Shown: one piece after another, positions 1-8,445 of the stretch
How the letters are laid out: every line of letters starts with the position of its first letter
Position numbering within the stretch: position 1 is the stretch's first letter
DNA from: Promethearchaeota archaeon
GTDB taxonomy: Archaea; Asgardarchaeota; Lokiarchaeia; Sigyniarchaeales; Promethearchaeaceae
DNA: 27,175 nt
Direction of reading: 5' to 3'
NCBI GenBank assembly: GCA_016933055.1
Contig: JAFGBS010000016.1
Location: 1-27,175 of the forward strand
Position numbers and translations under genes: made by a program
Notes under the pieces: model-generated
The model's input: the letters and a program-made list of their open reading frames with translations, nothing else
The model's database searches: none
What the model was told of the DNA's origin: nothing

Positions 1-66
<66 letters not shown>

Positions 67-263
67 ATACTGCAAGAGATAAGGAGAATAACCAGTTTCT
101 TGAGATTCATCGAAGGACAGATAGATCCACATGTGATTATAGCTTTTATCTCCCATAACATAATCATGAGATATCATTCTGATCCACATTAAATTTTCAA
201 ACGTGAACCTCTAAATATAGGAATTCATAGAGATTCTTCATATAAACGATAGAGTAGTTTGAT

Positions 264-860
264 ATGATTCTTGAGTCAATGCAGGTTAATTTTATGGGAA
301 CCAATTGTTATATCTTTGGAGATGAAAACACTCACGAAGTGGTGCTTATTGATACAGGAGGTAATCCTCTCTTAATTATCCAGTGTATTGAAGATAAAGG
401 ATACAAACCAATTGGGATCATTCTAACTCATGGACACCCTGATCATACTGGGGGAACCCAGAAAGTTAAAGAACATTTTGATATCCCAGTTATGTATCAC
501 CCTAAAGAACAAAAAATGATTGGATATGACAATGTGAAATCTATCCAAGAACCGGATGTGTTAGAGGTAGGCTCAGAAAGACTTCATGTATTAGATTCTC
601 CCGGACACACTCAAGGGGGAATTATACTTGTAAGCTATGAAAATAAACTGATTTTTACAGGAGATACCCTTTTTTCAGGTTCTATAGGTAGAACCGATTT
701 TGCAGGAGGGGATCATTCCCATTTAATGCAGTCTATTCGTACAAAAATAATGAGGAACAACAAAATTAATGATGATTTCCGGATATTCCCTGGGCATATG
801 GATGCTTCTACAGTTGGAAAGGAAAAGCGAACTAACATGTTTCGAAGGGATTTTATGTAA
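264..860 (+). CDS. Metallo-beta-lactamase-fold hydrolase (glyoxalase II/YcbL-like)
   Basis: THGHPDH (HxHxDH), SPGHTQG, FTGDTLF, GRTDF and PGH motifs; 198 aa. Confidence 0.9.
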   Translation: MILESMQVNFMGTNCYIFGDENTHEVVLIDTGGNPLLIIQCIEDKGYKPIGIILTHGHPDHTGGTQKVKEHFDIPVMYHPKEQKMIGYDNVKSIQEPDVLEVGSERLHVLDSPGHTQGGIILVSYENKLIFTGDTLFSGSIGRTDFAGGDHSHLMQSIRTKIMRNNKINDDFRIFPGHMDASTVGKEKRTNMFRRDFM

Positions 861-931
861 ATAAGGTGAGTTACTCTCATCTCATATATTCATATGCAAC
901 AAAGCACATAAAACTCATGAGGTTCTGATAA

Positions 932-2386
932 TTGGATTATATAATTAATGATGAATGGATACTAAACCGAATTTCTAACCAAAGCACTAGTTTTAGCAAT
1001 TGGATTGCAGGTTTGAAAAAGCAAATTTCCACAGCACTAGATTCCGTTGATTTAGTAGAATTAGAAGATGACGGAAAAAGTCTAGGAGTGGATATTCAAC
1101 AAACTTTGACAGAAGCTGAACAAGGTTTAGAAGAAGCTAAGCAAGTATTGTCAAATCTAGGTTTAGGTGGCGTATTTTCAAGAATTGGAGAAACTATTCA
1201 AAATTACGTCAAGAAAGAAATTAGTTCTTCTCTTGGAGAAAAAGAGCTACCATTTGACCTGGGTTTCATAATGGGGAAGAAAAAAAATCTTTCGACAGCT
1301 TTATTGGATGTCTCAAAGGAAAAAGGAGTAGATGAAACGGGTTTATTATATTTAGTTAAAGCATTGCCCGATCTCGAAGCATTTTTGTATAGTACCAGTA
1401 TCAATAAATATTATCGGGACCACACTGAACATGCGCTGCGTGTTGCTGTATTGGGAGATTTTCTTTTATCTCAAGATTTAGGAAACGGAAAATTGAGTAA
1501 AGTCATTGCTGACATGGTCGAATTAGATGAAAAATTCATTCGAGGAAAATTGTGGTGGTTAACGGGATTACTCCATGACATAGGTTACCCTCTGGGAAAA
1601 ATGGCAACCGCGGTAAATTATTCTCTAGTAAATCAAATCCTCAAATGTTACCCTACACTGGACATACATATTCAACCACTCCAAATAGGATTATCGCGGA
1701 AGGGCAAACTTGAAGATTATTTGAAAATTTTAGAAAGAGATATGTCAGATCGCGCACGAGAATTATTCCGTAAAGGTGTAGGATCTAAGGAGTTATCTCC
1801 AGCTAGTCCACGTACATTTTTAGCGCAGAAAGGAGGGCACTCAGAATTTTCATATTATGAGCAATTTGAACTTGATCATGGTGTGTTATCAGCATTATCT
1901 TTCTTGAATGGTCTAGGCACTCCAGAAGAGATCCTTCACAATGATGAGTATCAAGGATATATTTTAGTTGCGCAAGCTATTGCTCTTCATGCGTTCAAGG
2001 AGCACTTGGTCGATCATGCTTTTGAGAATCGACCTTTAGCATTCTTGTTGATCCTTATAGATGAGCTACAAGAGTGGGGGCGTCCTATCCCAATAAAAGT
2101 AATGGATACATATTTTACAACGGATGTGAAGAAAGAAAACCTATTAGATGGTCTTATACTGCATCTGGATGAATTTAAGTGGTTGATGGAATTTCGCAAC
2201 GATCTGGCAAAAAAACTCAGCAATTTTGATTTCCAAAAATATTCTACCTCTAAGGAAATATCCTTTAAAAGACTCGAAAGAGGAGATAGTTTCCATTCCA
2301 CGGAAATCCATCTAAAAGATATTGAAATTATGAATGATAAGAAGAAAAAAGAGAAAATTCTGCACGAGAATAAGATTATTATTTAA
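932..2386 (+). CDS. HD-superfamily metal-dependent phosphohydrolase with N-terminal helical/coiled-coil extension
   Basis: RDHTEHALRV, LLHDIGYP, LDHGVLSA, AIALH and LIDELQEWGR motifs; TTG start with GAGGT 8 nt upstream. Confidence 0.8.
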   Translation: MDYIINDEWILNRISNQSTSFSNWIAGLKKQISTALDSVDLVELEDDGKSLGVDIQQTLTEAEQGLEEAKQVLSNLGLGGVFSRIGETIQNYVKKEISSSLGEKELPFDLGFIMGKKKNLSTALLDVSKEKGVDETGLLYLVKALPDLEAFLYSTSINKYYRDHTEHALRVAVLGDFLLSQDLGNGKLSKVIADMVELDEKFIRGKLWWLTGLLHDIGYPLGKMATAVNYSLVNQILKCYPTLDIHIQPLQIGLSRKGKLEDYLKILERDMSDRARELFRKGVGSKELSPASPRTFLAQKGGHSEFSYYEQFELDHGVLSALSFLNGLGTPEEILHNDEYQGYILVAQAIALHAFKEHLVDHAFENRPLAFLLILIDELQEWGRPIPIKVMDTYFTTDVKKENLLDGLILHLDEFKWLMEFRNDLAKKLSNFDFQKYSTSKEISFKRLERGDSFHSTEIHLKDIEIMNDKKKKEKILHENKIII

Positions 2387-2627
2387 TTTTCTTTCCGTCC
2401 CAGAAATTCCTGTTTTTTTTAAACCACTCAATTGTTCCAGTTTTTGCTTCGTGATCTGACACTATTGGCTCATAACCAAAATCATCTCGGGCTTTCGTTC
2501 CAACAAACACATGATCTCTACAAGTCTGGGCTACAGAAAAACGGTTAAATTTCGATTTGGGAACAAAAATTTCTGCAATTGATGCGAGTACGAATGCCAA
2601 ACGCTCTGGAATTTTTTTATCTAGCAA
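2379..2627 (-). pseudogene. 3' remnant of an extended-SDR (NAD-dependent epimerase / 3-beta-hydroxysteroid dehydrogenase family) gene
   Basis: The 82-aa product KIPERLAFVLASIAE...FNRFSVAQTCRDHVFVGTKARDDFGYEPIVSDHEAKTGTIEWFKK resembles the C-terminal segment of 3-beta-HSD/NSDHL-like enzymes. No Rossmann GxxGxxG or YxxxK is present, and the upstream gene ends only about 115 nt away. Confidence 0.6.
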
Positions 2628-2742
2628 CGGGAGAGATAGTAGTTCTAAATAATCATTTAAAGATTGCTTGTAATCGAAAGTTAAAAAAGAAAAATGAGTT
2701 GATTTTTCGAAGTTTGGAATATATTTAAAAATAGAAATATGG

Positions 2743-3129
2743 TCATTGTGAGTCTCGATCAGTTGGAATAATGAGTTTTATCAGTCCACCTCCAATTGCG
2801 CCACCCAGTGCACCTAAGATAAATCCCAGAATCCCGATTATAATATAGATAAGCCACGCGAAGCCCGTTATACCTAATAACCCCGTAAATGCATCCAGAA
2901 GCGCAGTAGTGTTGTTAGTGAACAACCCCTGCAATATCATTCCAAGCCATGCTAGGAAGATGCCAATACCACCACTAAGACTTCCACGCCCTATCGAATA
3001 ATTCAACACCCCTGCTGCAATTCCAGCAATAATTACTAGCTGCCATATATTTGTCAAAGTTAGTAGCCATGTTAACAAACCGGATAATGCGATACCGGAA
3101 AGGAAAAGAATTAATTTCTGTTTATCCAT
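2743..3129 (-). CDS. Small Gly-rich multi-pass membrane protein (about 128 aa), coupled to the acylase gene
   Basis: About 4 hydrophobic helices. Start re-called at ATG 3129 (MDKQKLILF), 1 nt after the acylase stop at 3131-3133; the ORF-track start at 3213 overlaps the acylase. Confidence 0.75.
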   Translation of the reverse strand: MDKQKLILFLSGIALSGLLTWLLTLTNIWQLVIIAGIAAGVLNYSIGRGSLSGGIGIFLAWLGMILQGLFTNNTTALLDAFTGLLGITGFAWLIYIIIGILGFILGALGGAIGGGLIKLIIPTDRDSQ

Positions 3130-3130
3130 C

Positions 3131-5758
3131 TTAGGTACCCCCTTTAAAATAGATCTGCGAACTAATTGCTTGGGTTGGAAAATTACTTGCAGTATTTGTA
3201 AACCACTGTTCATGATACTTGCCCTGTAAGAAGAGTTCGATTAATTGGTTACTATAATGCTTGGAAGATTGGATAGCTCTTTGACCGCTGGGAATTACAC
3301 TTATGGAGTTATTTAGATTACTGAAATCCACAATCAATCGTTCACTTGCACCATGAGTTGCATATCTAACACTATTACTTCTTAATCCTATTCCGGAAGG
3401 AGTAACTGTATATCCAGATCCATCCAATTCAAATGGTCCTATATATCCAACCCCAATACCCAGTAAATCGGGGAACGCACCTTTATGTATTTCACCCCAT
3501 CTCCATGTTGTGGGATTCTCTGACCCGAAGAGATTTGTTAAGTAGGTAATAGTTTGATTCATTGCTTTCACAATACAATCAGATCGATTCTCGATAGTTG
3601 ATGTAGTAGTCACATCGTCAAACCAGTGAGAAGTTGCGTTCTCTTTCATAATATATTCCACCAGGTTGAAATCAGGATAAGCATCAATATTGTATTGGTT
3701 ACTTTCATCTCCATAGATAGCATCGTATATTTCATTCCTCCACACACGGAAGATGGTAGGCGCCACTAAATCTTTGTCCATTCGATAATCATCCCATTCA
3801 TCCAAAATGGTGTATATACTACTTATAGATAATGGTTTACTACTTCCATAATAATTATCCAGTTCCGTTAATATGATGGGAGTAAACTCTGCGGCTGGCA
3901 CGGATTTTATATCAAGATGCAGGTTTTTCATAAATTCAATATCAATGGTCCCATCAAGAGCTGCACTTAAAACTTCATTAATTCTGCGAGCTCTATATCC
4001 ATCTGCATACCCATATGATTGTAAATGGTATTGAGTGAAATCTGGTCCAACTGAAACTTGGTTGGCTGATGTCAGGTATTTTTGAATCGGATTGGTTGAA
4101 ACAGGTAAATCACCAAATGGAATATAACCAATCCAATCTCCTTCTCCGTTAGATCCATTATATGGAAGTGTACCATTACCAGTATGCCAACTGGGTATAT
4201 TAGAATCATCTCGAATTGGAACATGTGCAGTAGGTCGGATCTGGATATTCCCATACACATCTGCATATACTATATTTTGTCCTGGAACATCGAAGAACTT
4301 GCTTGCTTCATTAAATTCAACAAGATTTGTTGCATGGTTGAATCCATAGAGTGCACGGAAGGTGTTTGTAATATTATATAATGTCCATTGAGTTGCTAAA
4401 ACCACATTTTCAAGTCCAAAATTTTCTGCGGAAAATCCCATATAGGATAATTCACTTACGACAGGACCATGTACGGTTTCTTTTATTACTAATTCGATTG
4501 GTTCTTTTTGTCCTTTCACTTTAATGTCATAATTCTTAAATGTGTATGGAATAGTGGTTTTATTGTAGATGTAATGGGTGTCATTAACCTCTTCATAATA
4601 ATAAAAATCTTGAACATCCATTCCACTGTTGGTAAATCCCCATCCTACATAATTATTATGAGCGACCACGGGGATAGGCACTCCAGCTATGGTAAAACCA
4701 TATGTGTTCAATCCAGTGTTTTCACAAACCAAATGTGCCTCGTACCAAATCCCTGGTGAGTTCCATGCCAAATGCATGTCATTGCAGAGAATTGGTTTAC
4801 CTGTTGTAGTTTTCGAGCCATTTACAACCCAATTATTAGAACCGTGTGTATATTCACGAGTAAGGAGATCCGTTTGATAGGGTAAGTCATCAATTGAGTC
4901 TAAAAAATTAGTAAAACCGTTTGCCAATTCAATATTTGCGGTAGAAATATCTAATTTAAAACTCTGTGGAACTGGAAGAGAACTATAACCTCCATATTCC
5001 GGTACTATCGGGATTTGATACGGATGAACATTATTGTACTTTTCAAAATACCATTCCTCATAGCCCGAAGATTGATAAGCCATCAAATCAGAATACCTAG
5101 TTAGATCAGAGAATTGCATAATGAGCATGCTTGACATATACGCTGTGTAACTAAATGAATCTACAATATTCCATCGTTCAGGTTCAAAATCTAAAAGATA
5201 ATATTCCAACGGTTTTTGATTCTTATGAGTGTCAAGATAGTAATTTACTCCATCCGCGTATTTCGTCCAATCATCCATATAATCGATAGTTCCATTTTCT
5301 TGCAGTTCTAGCGCATATTCTGCAGTTTTTTCACTCCAATATTTCATCCCAAGAGCAAGGTTGAATTTATCATATTCCTCGACACCCGGAGCTAACTCAC
5401 CAAGAACTTCCGCAAGCCTTCCTTGCACCTCCCGACGTCCCATATCCATCTGAAACATTCTGTCTTGAGCGTGACAATAACCCAATGCAAAAGCTAGGTC
5501 CGCTTCATTTCGTGCATAAATATGGGGTACACCCCACTTGTCGCGAATGATCGTCACATCATCATTTAAGTTGAATACATCTAATTCTTCATATTCGGGA
5601 ACTTCCCCTGGAATATTCCAAATTCCCCCTCCTGGAAATAACAAGTTTCCAAGTGCTGGAATCATACCGAAAGGTAGTGAAAATGCAGTAATCACCCCTA
5701 CAGTGACTACTGACACTATAATAAATGCTGTCAAGTTTTTTTTATCGATTTTTCCCAA
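3131..5758 (-). CDS. Penicillin acylase family (peptidase S45, Ntn-hydrolase), membrane-anchored/secreted
   Basis: IIRDKWGVPHIYA, GYCHAQDRMFQMD, HG-SNNWVVNG (N-terminal nucleophile Ser), ILCNDMHL, ETVHGPV, SANQ, PSGQ; N-terminal hydrophobic helix; GAGGAG upstream of TTG. Confidence 0.93.
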   Translation of the reverse strand: MGKIDKKNLTAFIIVSVVTVGVITAFSLPFGMIPALGNLLFPGGGIWNIPGEVPEYEELDVFNLNDDVTIIRDKWGVPHIYARNEADLAFALGYCHAQDRMFQMDMGRREVQGRLAEVLGELAPGVEEYDKFNLALGMKYWSEKTAEYALELQENGTIDYMDDWTKYADGVNYYLDTHKNQKPLEYYLLDFEPERWNIVDSFSYTAYMSSMLIMQFSDLTRYSDLMAYQSSGYEEWYFEKYNNVHPYQIPIVPEYGGYSSLPVPQSFKLDISTANIELANGFTNFLDSIDDLPYQTDLLTREYTHGSNNWVVNGSKTTTGKPILCNDMHLAWNSPGIWYEAHLVCENTGLNTYGFTIAGVPIPVVAHNNYVGWGFTNSGMDVQDFYYYEEVNDTHYIYNKTTIPYTFKNYDIKVKGQKEPIELVIKETVHGPVVSELSYMGFSAENFGLENVVLATQWTLYNITNTFRALYGFNHATNLVEFNEASKFFDVPGQNIVYADVYGNIQIRPTAHVPIRDDSNIPSWHTGNGTLPYNGSNGEGDWIGYIPFGDLPVSTNPIQKYLTSANQVSVGPDFTQYHLQSYGYADGYRARRINEVLSAALDGTIDIEFMKNLHLDIKSVPAAEFTPIILTELDNYYGSSKPLSISSIYTILDEWDDYRMDKDLVAPTIFRVWRNEIYDAIYGDESNQYNIDAYPDFNLVEYIMKENATSHWFDDVTTTSTIENRSDCIVKAMNQTITYLTNLFGSENPTTWRWGEIHKGAFPDLLGIGVGYIGPFELDGSGYTVTPSGIGLRSNSVRYATHGASERLIVDFSNLNNSISVIPSGQRAIQSSKHYSNQLIELFLQGKYHEQWFTNTASNFPTQAISSQIYFKGGT

Positions 5759-5868
5759 GCTTTGTTCACTCCTCTTAGAAAATTATGTTGAAAGATAATT
5801 CGGAATAAGTATTAATAAAGCTTCATTGTAAATTTCGTCGAAGCTTTCCAAGTATCCGAAAATGGAAT

Positions 5869-5902
5869 AAAAAATCCCCACAAAAATAAATAGGGATTTT
5901 TT
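5869..5902. promoter_or_regulatory. Inverted repeat in the divergent promoter region, possible transcription-factor site
   Basis: AAAAAATCCC (5869-5878), 14-nt spacer, GGGATTTTTT (5893-5902), between the divergent acylase and GIFT-like genes. Confidence 0.35.
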
Positions 5903-5981
5903 TTTGGAATAATTGAGTTTCTATTTATACTATTATCCTCAACCTAATGTCTTTAATGTCCTCTGGAGACAGCCATCAATC

Positions 5982-6992
5982 ATGCCGAAAGCTAAAAATT
6001 TGAAAATTCTATTCGATTATGCTCATGGAGAAATAATCAATCTTGAAGATCCGGATTATCGATCCTTTAAGGAACTCCTTATTTCTATGGAATGTATTAT
6101 TTACACGAATGAAGATCAAAGAATCACCCCTGAAATTCTTCATAATATTGATGTAGTAGTAATCGGAACACCCGTTGAATCATATCTAATTTCTTCCGAG
6201 ATCGCAACGATTATCGATTTTGTTAGCGCGGGAGGAAGTCTACTCGTGACCAGCGAAGTCGGAATACTCCAAAAAACTAATCTGAATGATTTAATGAAAC
6301 ATTTTGGAATTTATTTTGAAAACACCACATTACGAGCGGAAAAAAGCGCGGAAACCAACAGCATCATCATGATTACAGATATAAATGACCATGTTTTAAC
6401 AAAAAACGTTAAGAAAATAATGGTGGGAGGATGTTCAACCCTTAGAACGGTAAAAGCTAAAGGTTCTATGGATATATGTCTATCTGGGGAAGAGACTTGG
6501 GTAGAAGTTTACGACGAGATCCACAACCGATGGATAAAAAACACAGATATACATGTACCCATAGTGGGAATCTCGATTTATGGTCAAGGTAGAATTGCCG
6601 CTTTTGGGGATGTCGATTTATTCAGTTCAAATCCATTGTTTGGTTTAGATTCTTTAGATAATAGGCAACTTATTCAAAATCTTATGATATGGTTCCACAC
6701 CCCCGTTCGATCAGGTGCGACAATTGATTGGTTATTGACCCAATTCAGCCAGCTGAGAGAAGATGTGTTGGATTTAGGAGATAAATTCGATAATTTAGTA
6801 ACTACGGCACGAATCTTAGAAAATCGAATTTCCCAGATTGAGGAAAGACAGAAGATCTTCCAAATGGAATTAGACAAAGCAGGTCAACAAGAAAAGCAAG
6901 TGAACGCGGAAAAAATGCAAAAGATTTCCGAAAAAACCTCCTTTGAATCCCAGCTACAAAAAGATTCTCAAAGAAATCTAGAAAAACATTAG
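5982..6992 (+). CDS. GIFT/IFT52-like (GldG/DUF4350, class-I GATase-like fold) domain protein with C-terminal coiled coil
   Basis: ILFDYAHGE, DVVVIGTP, SEIATIIDFVSAGGSLLV, LNDLMKHFGI, GRIAAFGDVDLF, DNRQLIQNLMIW; heptad-rich tail. Start re-called at ATG 5982 (GGAGA upstream) instead of TTG 5913. Confidence 0.7.
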   Translation: MPKAKNLKILFDYAHGEIINLEDPDYRSFKELLISMECIIYTNEDQRITPEILHNIDVVVIGTPVESYLISSEIATIIDFVSAGGSLLVTSEVGILQKTNLNDLMKHFGIYFENTTLRAEKSAETNSIIMITDINDHVLTKNVKKIMVGGCSTLRTVKAKGSMDICLSGEETWVEVYDEIHNRWIKNTDIHVPIVGISIYGQGRIAAFGDVDLFSSNPLFGLDSLDNRQLIQNLMIWFHTPVRSGATIDWLLTQFSQLREDVLDLGDKFDNLVTTARILENRISQIEERQKIFQMELDKAGQQEKQVNAEKMQKISEKTSFESQLQKDSQRNLEKH

Positions 6993-7005
6993 CAAGTAAC
7001 TCGTG

Positions 7006-8211
7006 TTACTTGAAGATGTTATCCATCATTTTGGTTAATTGATCTTCTAAAACTTCGGCAGAAAATCCCAGTAATCCATATCTACTTTCTCTTCCTCGTT
7101 CTTTACCCTCGGGAAGGGCAAACTTTTTCGAAAGTAGATCCAATTTTTCCAACCGCACGATGTAGCGTTTTAATGTAGCAAACTTTAGGGGATCTCGATG
7201 ATATTCCTCACATAATACTTGGTATTCGTCATTAATCTCCGCTGTCGTGATGTAAGATTTCGGTTGATTATGAAAATATCGAGATATAGCCAGGAGCAAC
7301 AGAAATTCATGCTCATTTTTCAACAAATTAAGTAATTCAGTATCATAATTCGAAATAGTATTTCCCGCTGCAGTTCTTACCATTTCTGGAGTAGCTTCTG
7401 TTAATCCTTTTTCATCCAAATGCAATGCTACTTGACGCATAATCTCGATACCATGTCGCATATTATTGTTTTTTTTCGAGGAATATTCAGCAATTAATTC
7501 TAAAACATCTTCAGAAAAAGTTCCAGGAGAAAAAGCAAGACGATTTCGGAATTTTAGAATCTCTAAACATTCAGGATATTTATACGGTCCGAAATGATAC
7601 GTTTTTTGAATTCTGCTCGTTAATCTCTCCGAACTAAAGGTTAACCAATCATTAGAACGTGTCACGCACAATATACTCATACTGACATTCGAACTCCCGA
7701 ATGTTATAGATGCATTTAGAAACGACAATAAATCATCATGGGGGAGTTTATGGCATTCATCCAAGATGAGAAATAAGTAAGCATTGTTCATTTTAATGTA
7801 ACTGATGAGTTGTTTCATCAGTTCGGGATCGGAATAACCTCTTCCCGTGCTAATTTTGAATTTTTTTAATACTTCCCGCAAAATGGAATTTCTGGTGGAA
7901 TGTTCATTGCAATCAATATATTCCGCAACTGTATCTATACCTTTACTCATTATTGCATCCCGAAACATCCTCCCAAAATATTTAGCCGTAATCGTCTTCC
8001 CTACACCACCTTTCCCAATAATGATCGTATTCAGACCAGTTTTTCCCCATTCCATTATAACGGGTCGATATAGGGCAGTTAACGATTTTAATTCTTCATC
8101 ACGGCAAGGAAGTTTCTCATTTTCCTTAGTATAATCGGGGATCCAGCCTTGATCGAAAGTTTTTGCGTCCTTGAATACAGTAGGACCGTCAAAGGGATTG
8201 CGTGAACTCAT
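7006..8211 (-). CDS. cdc6: Orc1/Cdc6-family replication initiator (AAA+ ATPase plus winged helix)
   Basis: PCRDEELKSL, Walker A GKGGVGKT, Walker B LILDECH, YHFGPY..ECLEILKFR, NMRHGIEIMR; C-terminal wHTH (EYQVLCEE...LKRYIVRLEKLDLL...RGRESRY). Confidence 0.93.
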   Translation of the reverse strand: MSSRNPFDGPTVFKDAKTFDQGWIPDYTKENEKLPCRDEELKSLTALYRPVIMEWGKTGLNTIIIGKGGVGKTITAKYFGRMFRDAIMSKGIDTVAEYIDCNEHSTRNSILREVLKKFKISTGRGYSDPELMKQLISYIKMNNAYLFLILDECHKLPHDDLLSFLNASITFGSSNVSMSILCVTRSNDWLTFSSERLTSRIQKTYHFGPYKYPECLEILKFRNRLAFSPGTFSEDVLELIAEYSSKKNNNMRHGIEIMRQVALHLDEKGLTEATPEMVRTAAGNTISNYDTELLNLLKNEHEFLLLLAISRYFHNQPKSYITTAEINDEYQVLCEEYHRDPLKFATLKRYIVRLEKLDLLSKKFALPEGKERGRESRYGLLGFSAEVLEDQLTKMMDNIFK

Positions 8212-8445
8212 TTCTTATAATCGCCACAAAATGAATATATAATAGTTTGATTAGTAGGTTAAATTTTTTACTTTCCAAATTTTTGTCGAATTTGATGGAT
8301 AAATTCATATGTACACGGTGGGAATCAGTTTTCATTGCATGAGTTTAAATCCGTGTGAGATTGTTAACAGTGGAAGATATTAAAATTATGAGAAAAAATA
8401 TAAACAACCCACATTACGATAATACATTAGAGTTGTTTAAGAAAG

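Noticed and set aside
264-5758. MBL hydrolase plus acylase as a quorum-quenching or beta-lactam resistance island
   Set aside because: The MBL looks like the ubiquitous glyoxalase II/YcbL type, the genes are on opposite strands and not adjacent, and there are no mobility signatures.
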